NCBI GenBank assembly: GCA_004022145.1
Contig: RCNU01000001.1
Length of the DNA: 64,000 bases
Source: Paecilomyces variotii
Lineage: Eukaryota
Reading direction: 5' to 3' (one strand)
Both the position numbers and the translations under genes were made by a program. The notes beneath the pieces were generated by a model, which was not told where the DNA came from, ran no database searches, and worked only from the letters and a program-made list of their open reading frames with translations. Below, piece by piece: positions 1-12,982 of this stretch (positions are counted from its first letter, which is position 1; every line of letters starts with the position of its first letter).

Positions 1-398
1 CTCAGACTTGAGCGGGGTTAATTGACTGATAGTGAATTAGGCCAGGCTCAGGCCCTTCGTCACTTCTACAACTCCCAGGGCAAATTTCGACGATGGAGAA
101 TTTGGTGGTTGAAACCCAGGCACCTACACCGTGGGCTTTGCCAACGTTGGCGGTATTCGGTACTGCTTCGCCAGTGCCAGTGCCAGCTGCGCGAATGATG
201 GCAACGAATAGACACGGAACGCAATGAAGCTGTTCGCCCTTCTGATGAGGAAGCGTGATAGCTGAGCATCCAAGCGTTCGCCCATTCCGGGGTAGGGGAC
301 ACGCGGGCTATCAGCTCAGGATTCGTCGTAGATTGCACTGCCTCCGCATGCTCAGACGCGCGCTAAATCTGTTTAGAGCCTTGACCAATCCGCTCTAC

Positions 399-609
399 TG
401 TAAGCCATGAAGAACTACTGCGTTAGTAACATGAAGATAAACATAGTTACGTTAGATTTGCAATATACAAGAAATCCTATAGGGCGTTTTATACCCCGGA
501 CGGAGCCAAGCCCAACTCTAATCCTCCTAGAAGCTTAACCGGTCAGTTGACTAGCTAATTGGTTGGTCGATTGTCAGTTACTTGAATAGGTCAGCTAGTT
601 AGAGTTACA
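399..609 (-). mobile_element. LTR-like segment (211 bp)
   Basis: Bounded by TGTAA...TTACA; TATAAAA box on the minus strand near 488-494; lies 4 bp from the RIP-type element. No target-site duplication, PBS or PPT found. Confidence 0.35.
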
Positions 610-613
610 GTAT

Positions 614-3248
614 TAGAGGATTTTAGCAACCGCCCCACAGCAGCACTACAATATAAGATTCTGCCGGCAAAATGCCTAATTAGGACATTATATAACTCTA
701 AAATTTAGTAATTTAAATATAACGCTATCTGAGCAGAATAGTAGTTCTAAGCAACTTCCCCTTTAAATAGTAATGCTGGCATTAAATATATTATTTAAAC
801 TATTAATATACTAGAATTTAATTAATCAGATGCTTATATTATTATTATCCTAATGCTTATATATATTTTTTTTAAACTAGATACACCTTGGAGATATATT
901 ATTAAAGCAATTCTTTATTATATATTTTTATAATTCGATTTAGTAATTTTATCTGATATTATTGTTATATAGTAGCTTTAATTAGCCCCTTTAAATTAGT
1001 AGGCTATATAGGATCTTATATTAATTATATAGAAGATTTAATAGGGATAAAATCTAAGCTATTCTCTTTTATCTTAAACTTAATATAGTTATCTGGAGGA
1101 ATTATATTAACCCCTCTTTAGAGATAATATTTAGTATTCTACTTACTTATTTATCCTAGCCTTATAAAGGTATAGATTATAAATTCTTTTTTAGATATTT
1201 AAAATTATAGATTTTATTAGTTTTTAATAATATATTATAATATATCTATAGACAGTTTAAGGATATTATCTCTTAATATCTGCTTTTAACCTATAATTAT
1301 ATATAATACTATGCAGATACCCTTAAAATTATTAATAGTATAAAAAATATCTAGGGGTTTATTAATAGAACCTTTTAATTTATATGCCGATTTAATTAGA
1401 ATTAATATTTCTTTTACTCCGGCTATAAAAAAGATTATAAATTTAAATATTAAGATATTGCTACTCCTAATAAGATAATACTATCTTATATAGGACTATT
1501 TAAAGAGAAAGTAAATAACTATACCCTGTTTAAAAAAATATAAATAAAAGAATACTTTAAAGCTCTACTTTATAATTAAAGCCAGACTTTATATCTATAT
1601 AGAGATTCTATATATAATGCAGCATATTGTATTATAACTCTATATAGGCAGATTAGGATCTTAATGCCTTCAGAGATAAACTTTAATATAAAGCTATCCT
1701 CAGACTGTATATTAGTAGAATAAGTATTTAGCATTATATAGACCTATTAGCATATAAATGCCTTAAATATTAATCTATAACTAGTTAAGCAGGCAGTAGC
1801 TATAATCTATGCTATATCTATTCTCCTAATAAATATTATAATATATTTATAGGGGAATTTAATTAGTTCTCGCTATATTATATAACCTTTTTTATTAGAT
1901 GATTATCTGCGACCGATCCCTATTTCTCTTAGTGATATAAATGCCCTAGAATCTCCCTAATATTATATCTAAGCTTAAGGAATTTGCTTAAGCTAATTAT
2001 TTAGAGATCTTTAGCTACTAATTTTAGTTCTATAATAACTAATTTTAAATTATTAAGCTTTTTTATAGTAGAAGATTTAAAATTATTAAGCTTTTTTAAT
2101 TATATTATAAAAAGCTCCTTAGTAGAAGATTTTAAATTATTAAAGTCTATTTTTACCCTCTTAATAGTTTTAGCTATTCTCTTTATATTATTCTTAGGTT
2201 TAATATTTAATTATAATCTCTCTACTAATTTTGCTAAGCTTATAATAATTAAATATTTTATTTAGCTATTAGTTATAGAACTCTACTTAAAGATAGAAGA
2301 GCTTATTAGATCTTTTAAGTCTAATATTATTAATTCTAAAGAACTATCTAATACCGCTATTTTCTGCTTATTTAATCCTATATTTAGTGTTAAATTAATC
2401 TAATATTAACTATTCTTTCTAAGATTAGCTTATTTAGCTATTGATTTAGCCTCTATTTTTAGTTAATTTTTATATTTAAGGTCTTCCTAGCTAATTTATT
2501 TATTAATTATTATTTATAGGTCTAATTGCGGTTTATATTTATTATTTATTTTATTTAATTCTAGATCTATCCTCTGAGCATTTATTATCTGTTTAACTTA
2601 TTGTTAATATAAGATCTAATTATAATAAATCTTTATTTTATACTAATAGGTTCTAGAGACATACGCCTAAAATAATTAAAGCGACTTATTTAAATATTTT
2701 TAATAAAATTTATTGCAGATCTAAAAAAGCATAAGCTTTTTTTTTATTTAATCCTCTTTTCTTTTATAATAGTTTAATTAGCCCTAGAATAGAAGTAATA
2801 GCAAATTAATTAGATTTATCCTCGCTATAGATATTATTATCTGGTAATAATACTAGGCTTAGAGATAGATTTATTAGAGTTTTAAATTAAAATAGGGGCA
2901 ATTAATCTAGGCCTAAAGACTAAGGAGTATTTATATTTAGCGCTTTTATAAATAATAATACCCCTAAAAATATAGATTTCCTATTACTATCTTATAGCGA
3001 AAAAAAACTTTAATATTTAACCCTATATTAAATATAGCTTAATTAGATATTAGGAGATACCGCTGGCTTCCTAATTAGGATAAATTTATAATAAGCTAGG
3101 TAGCTTATATTATAAGCTATTTAGCTTATTGTAATAACACTAGTAAATACGCTATACAGACTGCTTGCTTTTAATGATTTCAAATAGTGTCTGAATAAGG
3201 AAATTTCTTATATTGTAGTCCTCTGTAGGGTATTGCTAAAATCCTCTA
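614..3248. mobile_element. RIP-degraded DNA transposon-like element with ~45-bp terminal inverted repeats
   Basis: TAGAGGATTTTAGCAA at 614-629 is the exact reverse complement of 3233-3248. The match extends imperfectly over 614-658 and 3206-3248 (shared ACTACAATATAAGA). The interior is very AT- and TpA-rich, CpA/TpG-poor, and the ORF track is empty there. Confidence 0.8.
2043..2145 (-). repeat. 33-bp period repeat inside the RIP relic (relic of an 11-aa coding repeat)
   Basis: AAATTATTAAGCTTTTTT at 2047 and 2080, with a partial third copy near 2120-2143; minus frame reads KKLNNFKSSTI KKLNNLK. Confidence 0.6.
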
Positions 3249-3801
3249 TTTTATTAGCATTTTATTATTATATATTTATATGTTGCTTCCGATTGCGCTA
3301 ACTGATTACTAATTGGCTAAACGACTTGACTAATGTAGAATCCGGACGCCCGCTAGGTATGCACCTGCCTAACACTGTTAGACTATCTAGTCTACTCCGT
3401 ATTTCGCGCACGTGGAACAAAGCCACCCTTGCTAAAACGAAGAGTAAATAATCCCTCTTATTCCTGAGCGATACATAGTAGTAGATATGCTATCACCAAG
3501 CAATATATAATTGGTGTGATTGCTCTAGATACATGATAAAGGACCAGTAGTACAAGGAAGGCCTGTATGACCCGATTGCTGTATTATTATTGTATGAGTG
3601 ATTTTACTTGCCTCGGTGACTTCGGTTTCACAGAGAAATCTGGCGTGTCAGTGCTAAATGCGCCTAAAAGCTTGACTTGATCCACTGAAAGATACCGCTA
3701 GACCATATACGGAAGCTACCGGCTATGGCCGCACAAATCAGAGCGACTAGAGGAAGCTTGTCTGAAACCCTATGTGTGACAGGCCAACCAAGCTTTACGG
3801 C

Positions 3802-4460
3802 GATAATGCCGGTCCCACATACCGGTGGGTTCATTAATTAATGAAATGAACATCGGCTGTCCCGAGACGATTATGGTATTCTCTGGGAGTCTGATAAGGC
3901 AAACTGGTGGTGCGACACACGCGAGTGCGTCCAGGTGTTACGCAAGTGATCTTCGCGAGAAAGAAAGTACTAACTAACTAATTAAAGTCTGGGGATGTTG
4001 GAAAGCCACGGTGAAGCCTGGGTGAACCGGAATCAGAGAGCATCTTGCGTTCGATTTCCCACTGCCTATCTATGGTAATCATACCTGGCAGAGACGGATT
4101 ATTGACGAACTAACTTATCGACGGGTCCTTCTGAGGGATTCTAGAGTCTAGAGTCGAGCAGAGCCCGTGGTCTTATCTGGGATTGATTGGTTGCCACCGT
4201 CAGAATGTCGAGATTTTACTCCGGATTCCGCCACTGGCTTCCACAGCCATGTGGAGAATTTTCACGTTGTATCGCGTGCCACTGTCACTGTATCGGTGCA
4301 GTCAGTGCGCCGCCTTTTTTCGGACACCGTCGGGCTTCTTGTTGAAAAGATATTACTATTTATCTATTCCTGCTGATCCCTCCAAGCGTCCACCACCTTG
4401 TGTCTCCCTCCCATTGTCAAGTTGACCCGTTGGTGTCAACCCCTTTTCAATTCCTTATCT
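3802..4460 (+). promoter_or_regulatory. Cluster of GATA sites upstream of the amino acid permease (possible AreA control)
   Basis: GATAAT 3802, GATAAG 3893, CTTATC 4114, 4172 and ~4454; only modestly above chance. Confidence 0.25.
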
Positions 4461-4469
4461 TCAGTCACA

Positions 4470-6412
4470 ATGGCCCAACCCGCCAGCTTGATACTGGACG
4501 GAGGTGATCCGCGACTCCATGAAAAAGAGCGTGAGGTTTTGGATGCCGTAGACTATGGTGTCTCGACTAGCCAGGGCATCGCCATCAGCCCGCAGCATCG
4601 AAAACTGCATGACCCCGATGTAACATTCGAGGAATATTACTACTATGCGCAACTTACTCGAGCCGAAGAAGAGCAGCACGCTGCTTCTGAGGAGACTGTG
4701 AAAGACAAAGGGATTTTGGCCTTTTTCTTTCCCACAAAAAATGATAGTGGTATTCAGAAGGTCTCCGACAATGCCGCGAGAGATGCCACGAAGATGAACA
4801 CCAATAATGTGGCCACTCGCATGACCATCACTGATGAGGAGTGGACCAATGCATCGCGTGCGCTCCGGACAGCCTCTCGTGGCGCTGTTTTCTATCTCAT
4901 CACTACTGATATTCTCGGCCCTTTTGGTCTTCCCTATGCGTTTGCAAGCATGGGATGGGGGTAAGGTTCATTCACCTTTAAAAACTAAGAACCCGCGCTT
5001 ATTCGTCACAGTCCAGGTGTTGCCCTATTTACCGTCTTCGCCGGTCTCGCTGGTTACTCTGGTTATCTTCTCTGGGAATCTTTCCTCGGTCTGGACTCGT
5101 ACCAGTTCCCCGTGCGCAGCTTCGGTGACATCGGTTTCCGCCTCTACGGGCCATGGATCCGATATCTCTTCAACGTCCTGCAGAGCATCCAGCTATTGCT
5201 AAACGTGGGTCTAATCGTCATCTCCAATGGTGAAGCGTTGTCCCAGGCTACGAAGTTCAGGTTGTGCTTTATCATCTGCTGTCTGATCTGGGCATTGATT
5301 GGCTTTGTACTGGGCCAGGTCCGTACCTTGCAGAAGTTTGGATGGCTTGCCAATGCCGCTGTGTGGATCAATATCATCTGCATGATCATTAGTATGGGTG
5401 GTGCTGCTCACTCCCCTCCCAACTACACTGCTGCTTCACAGTCCGCTGGTGCCAGTATTGACGGCGGCAGCTTGATCACCCCTCATAATGGTGTTTACCC
5501 TCCAGTCACCACTAGCGGAGGCCTACCGAACGCCGGTGGCTTCACAGGGGCCGTTAGCGGCGCTATGCAGGCCGTGTTCTCCTATGGTGGTGCTATGGTG
5601 TTCCCTGAGTTTATGGCCGAGATGAAGCGACCCAAGGACTTCCTGACTGCCATGTGGGGAGCCCAGGCTTTCATCTATTTCGTCTACATGTTCTACGGTC
5701 TCTTCATGTACGGCTACCAGGGACAGTATGTCGTGAACCCAAGCTACCTTGGAGTCAGCAAGTACAGCATCCAGACGGCCGGCAATGTTTTTGCCATGGT
5801 CAGTGCTGCTATCGCCGCTGCCCTATACGGCAACATTGGTATCAAAGGTGAGTCATCTCTTTTTATTATTATCATCATTACTTCTAGCAACATAAGACAA
5901 GACTCTAACCAAACTATCTAGTCATCTACAACAATATCTTTGTTGAACTTCTCAAAGCGCCACCCCTGACTACCACAGTCGGCAAACTGCTGTGGGCTGG
6001 TCTGATCCCAGTTTACTGGGGAATTGCCTTTGTCGTGGGAGCTGGTATCCCCAACTTCTCCGGCCTGACTTCCGTTGTCGCGGCATTTTGCATCCTCCAA
6101 TTCACCTATACCTTCCCACCTGCGCTTGCCACCGCCTACTGGATCAAACGCGCCGCCCTCCGCGACGGCGAAGGCTTCAACCCCAGCACTGGGGAGACAA
6201 TCCGTCAAGACTCCGGCATCAAGCGCATTTTCCGAGGTTTTGCGAACATGGAAACCAAGCAGTTGCTTATGAGCATCTTCAATATTCTCTACTTCCTTGG
6301 TGCATTGGCGCTAGCGGCTTTGGGAGCGTACTCTGCCATTGAGGTATTGATTGCGGCATTCGCGGATAGCAGTGCGACGTCATTTACCTGCAAGAGTCCT
6401 TTGAACGGATAG
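4470..6412 (+). CDS. Amino acid transporter (Aa_trans/AAAP family, Mtr-like neutral amino acid permease)
   Basis: Three exons, introns 4961-5011 and 5848-5921. Motifs FYLITTDILGP, AVFSYGGAMVFPEFMAEMKRPKDF, LYGNIGIKVIY; many transmembrane segments. Confidence 0.9.
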
Positions 6413-6992
6413 GCTTCTTTTCTGTTCCTAGGCTCAACGGCAATCTCCCTTTCACATTTACAATGACATTATGTACAGTAAAAATCTCATAGTAATGAGG
6501 CCTGTTTTGTATTACCAAATATTCATGCATGCTTTTCATCGAATTTATGAACTGAACCGACCCGATCTCACAAGAATAATCGAATCCGATCATTCGGTTA
6601 AGATAATGAGTATATACGCTCGACATGATTCTCATCTAATAATCCTAGTACAGGCTTTGCCGTTGAAACTAAGTGCTTACTATGCTTGACGCGAGATGAT
6701 GACAAGCCACGTGGTTTCGAAGGGGAACGGCCCGTTAATTGGGCATCCGTTATTTACTTCTAGCGAAGGATCGGATTACGAGATATATGTATCTGATGGT
6801 TGGATATGTAGACCAATTAGCAGTATTTTAGTCAGATACATTTATTTTGGTCTGACCGACGCAGTATCTCGACTCAGATAACAGTTCCAGGCTAAGGCCT
6901 CTCTCGAAGTCTTCCTCTGACTAGTTACCTGTTGACGGCTTTCTGCCAGTCGACCAAAAAGGAGAACTCCTTGTTGGTCTACCTGGATCTCT

Positions 6993-7301
6993 CTAACACC
7001 TGTACTGAAAAGTAGGGTACAGAAAAGCAGGAATAGCCATGATTGACTTTACAAGCTCATCTCGCTTTACAAGCTCATCTCGCTTCATATCATCGCGAAC
7101 TCCTGAATACTTGTAGATTTCGTCTCCTAAATCCTCCAGTGCGTTGTTTGATTTTCTTCCAGGGAAGAATCCATCGGGAATTGTTACTAGGGCCTTATAA
7201 AGGGGATATTCGAAGACAACATCACGGTCCTTACCACCACCCTGAAAGACAGCAAGAATCCGATATTCATCCATTTTAGTCAGGGTGATGGTTGCTCTCA
7301 A
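6993..7301 (-). CDS. Small hypothetical protein or terminal exon (~100 aa)
   Basis: Open frame with protein-like composition and an in-frame 18-bp duplication (RDELVK x2); start uncertain, no recognised family. Confidence 0.3.
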   Translation of the reverse strand: MRATITLTKMDEYRILAVFQGGGKDRDVVFEYPLYKALVTIPDGFFPGRKSNNALEDLGDEIYKYSGVRDDMKRDELVKRDELVKSIMAIPAFLYPTFQYRC

Positions 7302-8105
7302 GGTTTGCTGTTAACGGTGGATTAAATAGGTATTATTGCCATTAAGCTTATCCAGTCCTAGTTGTGGATCGAATGGAATTAGCCCAGTAGCTGTAAAACC
7401 GTTGCAAATACTGGTAGGAGATGCATATAAAGTACAATGAAGCTCTACTTATTGATATGATGGATGTCATTTCGAATATGATATTGTACATACATATCTT
7501 TCGACCCTAGGGCGCCTGTAGGCGGGCGGGGTTGACCCTCACCTTCCGCATTGCGTTTAGAGGAATACAATCCAACCAGGTCCTACTTCTAACTGATGAA
7601 AGAAGGCACTAAATACTACGGCCATGGTGCGATCAGAGCCAAGAATAGTCAGATAATAGCGGGGCTACAAATTTCGGATAGAAGGAAAAAAGAAGAGAGA
7701 TGGTTTAAGTTTTCATCACGTCTTTCTTCGTTATAATAGTTATGTCTAATCTCGTGGTCGGGATTTGAATCCCTCTGTCTTTATAGGTTCGTAGTGACCA
7801 TTCTGCTCGACTCTCGCTGAAAAATGCAACCAAGGGAAAAGGAGCACGTTATCGCTGAGATGCTATCCAATCATAAATTTCCAAAAGCCCCAATTGCGCC
7901 GATGGAGATCCCATCACCATGCTAACTCCTTGCTTAAACGCTCATAATAGTGATCCACCATGCAATGCAGATGGTGGTACTCATAGGAAAAGAAAAGAAA
8001 AGATACCAGCCGAGTGTGCTGGGTGCCGACATTAGGTGTTCGGATCAAGAAGGGTAAAGAATAGTCCAAGAAGATGTCGTAATGAAGATTTTGTTTAATA
8101 AAGAC

Positions 8106-8507
8106 TCAACGAGCCCTGGATGCGTGGGTACTGCGGCTGGAAGTACTTCGCAGGCTGGCCGTGCTCCCAGCGCCCCGGAGAGTCTTGCGCATCTTTGATA
8201 TGGCTCGCATGCGGTTCCGGCTTTGTCTTGAGGCGGAAGAGTTGATTGAATGTTGCGAGGAAAGCGAAGCAGTCGGGCTGGCAGGTTCTGCTGAAGTGTA
8301 GCCAACCACTCTTGCCCAGTATGAATGGGCTGCTGCCTCGGGGTGCTCCTCCATATACCACTCCGGAATGACTTCATGGAGCTGGGATGGTCGCAGAGAT
8401 TCGACATGTGGATAGAGTGCCGAAAGAGGATGCAGGCTCGGGGATGCCGGTATGCCTTGTCTGCGGCTGGCTGAGCGATAGGGCTCGTAGTTCGTCTTGT
8501 AGCTCAT
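8106..8507 (-). CDS. Hypothetical 133-aa Ser/Arg-rich protein
   Basis: ATG at 8507 in GCCACAATG context; single open frame with a basic C-terminus; no recognised domain. Confidence 0.5.
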   Translation of the reverse strand: MSYKTNYEPYRSASRRQGIPASPSLHPLSALYPHVESLRPSQLHEVIPEWYMEEHPEAAAHSYWARVVGYTSAEPASPTASLSSQHSINSSASRQSRNRMRAISKMRKTLRGAGSTASLRSTSSRSTHASRAR

Positions 8508-10321
8508 TGTGGCTGGTGATGATCTCAGATGGTAGAGGACGTTTGTTGTATGGTCGAATAGAAGTATATGAGGCTTGAGCAATCTAACTTCTTCAGTGTA
8601 GTGAAGAGAGGAGTCTTGTTGGTTGAGGATGTGAGGCTTAATGATAACTACGACGCGAGGGGGAGGAAGTATGTATTTATGCTCGATGGTGACATGCATC
8701 CAGGATGAGGGGGAGCGGTGATAGCGGGGTCTGACATGAAGCTGACAGCCTTCAGCCCCATCCTGATAGAGCACGATTTGGAATTTTTGATCTGGCTAAG
8801 TTCGTGGCAGTTCGTGGACCGTGGACTGGCTGATGGCCAAGCTACAAGCTGGCGAACGCTAGTAGGAAGATCTCAAAGTATCTCAGTCGCTAGAGGCTCA
8901 CCAGACCGGAAATAGATTAGCTGTTCGAAAGATCCTCGAAACACGCAAAGAAACATGTTTCCCTCGTAGGGCTCCATCTCAGTTCCACACGGTGCGTGGT
9001 CTCGTGGCAGAAGTGCAATTATGAGAATATCATGATTAGTTTACCCTTTCCGAGTCATATCTCATTCTTCTCTCTCACAATCTAAGTCTGTTCTGCACAG
9101 CTTGTAGGAGTCTGCTTCGGGTCCTGCGGAACCCACAAGCTTCAAGATCTCAAATCACTCCTGTTAGCGTGAGCTTACCATTGCGCTAGTCCTCTGATCG
9201 CCGTTCTTTTCAACATCGCTGCAGCAAGTTGAGTTGGCTTAGCCAGGCACCAGATTCTCTCGTCTCGAGCGGGGCGTGGCCCTTCTTTGCGGGACTGATT
9301 GCATATCTCCTAATTCATAATTATGAGAAGCTTCTGTGAAATCAAATCCTCAACTGCTGAACAGCACCGGACCCAAGCTATCTATCTAGTGGGATCGCAC
9401 GCGAGACGAGAAAGGAGCACGTCTGTGATCTGCAATTCGTGCGTCCCGTGCTAAGTACTGGATCTCTGGTAGATAACCCAACGCTGTCCTTAGATCGTAG
9501 CGTCAGTGCGATCCGGGATCGATAATGCCAGGAAAATTTGTCACAAGGCTGACTTGCGACTGGATCATATGTGGCTTGTTATCCTATTCTATGGTCCCCG
9601 AGTCAGTCGTGGTTGTCTGAGCAGACGCAGTGCATCCCCGTTGGTCGTGACGTACCCAAGCAGAAATACCTATTGGCTACAGCCACGGCATCCCACGGTA
9701 TCGCTGACTCCCTGTAGCTTACATGGAGATCATGGAGATACGAGCCACAGGTGCTCTGGGGATCGGCTGAGAGATGGTAAGGTTAGCCTTTGACAAATTG
9801 CTGCGACAAGACAAGCCAAGAAGGAGAATCGCGGATAGGGAAAGCGTTCCATCTTCGACGACTTTTGAACGAAGCGGTGAGAAGCTTGTTTGTTTACTAG
9901 ATACTAACAGACAGGCATTGTGCATACAGTACATAAAGTAACCAGACACCATGTAACAGGGTATTTTGATGGACTTCGAACTGAACCAAACATAAGCAAT
10001 TATCAGTCAGTTTCTACTACGGATTGCAATAATCAATTCAATTACCTCTTTCAATCTTTCGATTAGATTTTGCGACCGAGATGCGTCATTGCCAAGACCC
10101 TAAGCGAGTCAATCTACAAAAGCACGAGGTTCCTTCCTGTTCCTGAAAGGTGCTGCCTGGACGCCAACAACAATCATCCTGTGTTTATCTGTCCGGACTT
10201 TCACTGTCAAGAAGCATGTTTTGAACCCCTGAAATCGTACATTAGGAATTGTGTCGTTTCGATCATCAATTGCTCGTACAGAGACCAGGAGAAGACGAGT
10301 AACAACCAAACTGAATGAACA

Positions 10322-11789
10322 ATGACAACCCTAGAAAAGCTACGACCAGTCGGTGAGTATCGAGATGGAACTAACAGGTACTCAGAGGCCACAATCAATA
10401 TTTCTGACACACATTATAGGTCCATTGGAGCGATATTCCACGGCCCGCCATCATCTTGGCTTCTACAACAACGTCGCCCTCACAGCGAGGCATCTCGTGC
10501 CTTACGATGATGAGTCGTCGCTGAAGGATCGGATCTATGGAGCGTGTGCTACTGTGATAAATGACTATCCCATGCTATCGGCTGTCCCGGTTGACGAGGG
10601 CAGCAGAGAGCCGTACTTTGCACGGCTACCAAAGATCACTCTCGACCGAACAGTGTCTTTCTATTCGCGTAAGATTCATCTTACTAACGATGACGACGAG
10701 GATGCGGAATTAGATAGCCTGCTGGAGACCCAGCACAATACGTCTTTCAAGACCGATCCCGGATCTGAGATGTCCACTGCTTGGCGCCTAGTGGTTATAC
10801 TGGATTCCGAGGATCGATCGGCTTTTGACGTCGCATTCATCTTTCACCATGCACTTGGGGACGGCATGTCGGGTCTTATCTTCCACAGAGCGTTTTCTGA
10901 GGCCCTGGTATCATTTAACGGGACCCCACCAACGGAAGTTATTTCCCCCAGCCGAGAGATTTCGCCAGCTTTGGAGTCCGCGCTTTACATCACCATATCA
11001 CCGCTATATCTCTTGAAAGAGGTCTTTTGGTCCAGCATTGGCTGGCAGGAGCGAGGTCTCTGGGTTGCAAATCCGACCGGAACTACCCCAAAGTCGCGCT
11101 ACCGATCAATGCGGTTCTCGAAAGATACAACCGCACGGCTCTTATCGATCTGCAGGGAAAATGAGACAACGGTGTCTGCCTTGCTCCAGGTGCAAATTGC
11201 AAGAACTTTGTTCAGTATACTTCCATCCACATACGGCAAACTGCTTTGCAATGGAGCAGCTACCGCCCGACGCTGGATGGATGTGAATGCTGTCGACGAC
11301 AATACTATAGGTTGCTATGTTGCGGCCTACTCTGAAACCTATATTCGCAACGCTCTTCAGACCGATGACTTCCCGTGGCACATAGCCCGTCAATCCCGAG
11401 AGAACATACTCAAGTTGATCGACACAAAAGGGAAGGATAACCCCATTGGCCTGCTTCGGTTTATACCAGACGTCAATAAGATGCTTCTTTCAAAGATCGG
11501 CAAACCTCGGACAAACAGCTTCTCCATCTCCAATGTCGGTCTATTTAGTCCTAAAGAGTCAGCGGAACCTGCGGCAACAACTAGCAATGCTGGACCACGA
11601 GTGGGAAAGATGCTATTCAGCCAATCCGGCAACCATTTCGGAACTCCGTTCGAAGCCTGCGTGGTGACAGGAGGAGATGGCTGTCTGACGATAGGATTTG
11701 CCTGGGCTGACGCAGCCTTTAATGAAGAACTCCTCCTTCAACTCATGCACGGTGTCAAACATGGTCTGGAGGATTTGGTGTTGCCTTAA
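10322..11789 (+). CDS. Alcohol acetyltransferase family protein (AATase, ATF1/SLI1-like)
   Basis: One intron 10353-10419 joins LRPVG to PLERYSTARHHLGFY; catalytic HxxxDG motif (HHALGDG); FSISNVG near the C-terminus. Confidence 0.85.
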
Positions 11790-12281
11790 ACACGCATACA
11801 GATGATGGGGCGGCCCTTCTTCCACATCCCAGAGTGCCGTTAGCTCTTTGCTCATTGCCTACCTAGTCAAGGCACGTGGTTTTCATATGACCGCTATTAA
11901 TACTAATATTAATACTAATATCCATACGGGGCTCCCCGAGAACAGGGAATAATAATAATGTTAATGACAAGAATCACTATACTTTCTGTTGGACTTGTCC
12001 ATCATCTTTCCCTATTCGACCAGGGGTAACATGCCAAGCCACGCTAAGTAGTGTGCTCTAAACATCCTTTAAAGAAACCCGGAGACGCGATTAGCATCAT
12101 AAACAGTCCCTGCTGTCTTAGCATAAGGTCAGTATTGCGGGTTAATTGTAGACATGATTCTCAATCCGGCGGCTTAACAGTACACGGCCCAAGCTCGTCA
12201 CGCGGTTGATGTTTTCCTGTTGTCCAGTCATCATATCACGTTTGCAGCTACAGCCTTGAATTATCTTACTTACTGAATATC

Positions 12282-12982
12282 ATGCCTCCGAAGTCTGCAA
12301 AGTCGCAAAAGCGACGGGCTCAGTCCCCAGAGCCTCCATCCAGACGCGTCAAGTCGATGGCAAGGAGACCTAGAAACCAGGCTCTTGGACCAATCATTGA
12401 AAATAAAGCGCCAACCACGAGACTCGACGTATATGTGTTTGGAGGAGGCAGCACAGGAGAGCTCGGGCTGGGACCTAAAAAGTCAGTCGACGTCAAGAGG
12501 CCCCGGCTAAACCCTCTCCTAGATGCAGAGAAAGTCGGGGTTGTTCAACTTTCTGCGGGTGGAATGCATGTTGCTGCTTTGACATTCGACGGCAAGGTGC
12601 TGACCTGGGGCGTTAATGATAACTACGCCCTAGGTCGCGATACCCCCTGGGAAGGAGGATTGAAGGATATGGACGCGGCAGAAGACGATTCCAGTTCGGG
12701 CACGAGTAGTGATATTGAACTAAATCCGCACGAATCTACTCCAACTGCTATTCCTGGAAACAGCTTTCCGCCTGGTACGGAAATCGTGAGCGTTACAGCA
12801 GGTAATAGCGCGACAATTGTCTTGACGCAAGACGGGCGGGTTTACGCCCTAACTTGGACGAAGTTACCGTCCCGACCTTGATCGATAATACTGCTGTTCG
12901 GGATAAGAAACTCACCTGGGCAGGATCGGGTGGTCAATATTCTATACTTGCGGGACCACATCAACTTAAGTCAAAAGAATAG
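12282..12982 (+). pseudogene. RCC1/Pim1/Prp20-like Ran GEF paralog with a large internal deletion and frameshift
   Basis: MPPK start and RCC1 repeats (VYVFGGGSTGELGLG, SAGGMHVAALTFDGKVLTWGVNDNYALGR) up to ~12849. The RCC1 C-terminal end (LIDNTAVRDKKLTWAGSGGQYSILAG, stop 12980-12982) follows immediately in a different frame. Confidence 0.8.

Noticed and set aside
1-338. 90-aa minus-strand ORF and other frames at the window start
   Set aside because: No recognisable motif in any frame I read; it may belong to a feature outside the window.
1715-1735. VE*VFS on the plus strand resembling the hAT ERxFS motif
   Set aside because: The context lacks the SIPASS-like lead-in, it lies mid-element, and such matches arise easily in RIP-mutated DNA.
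608-3377. Alternative TIR pair CAGTATTAG / CTAACACTG
   Set aside because: Short, mismatched and without an 8-bp TSD; the 614/3248 pair is much stronger.
7750-7815. tRNA-like box A/box B on the minus strand (GATTCAAATCCC)
   Set aside because: No cloverleaf could be built.
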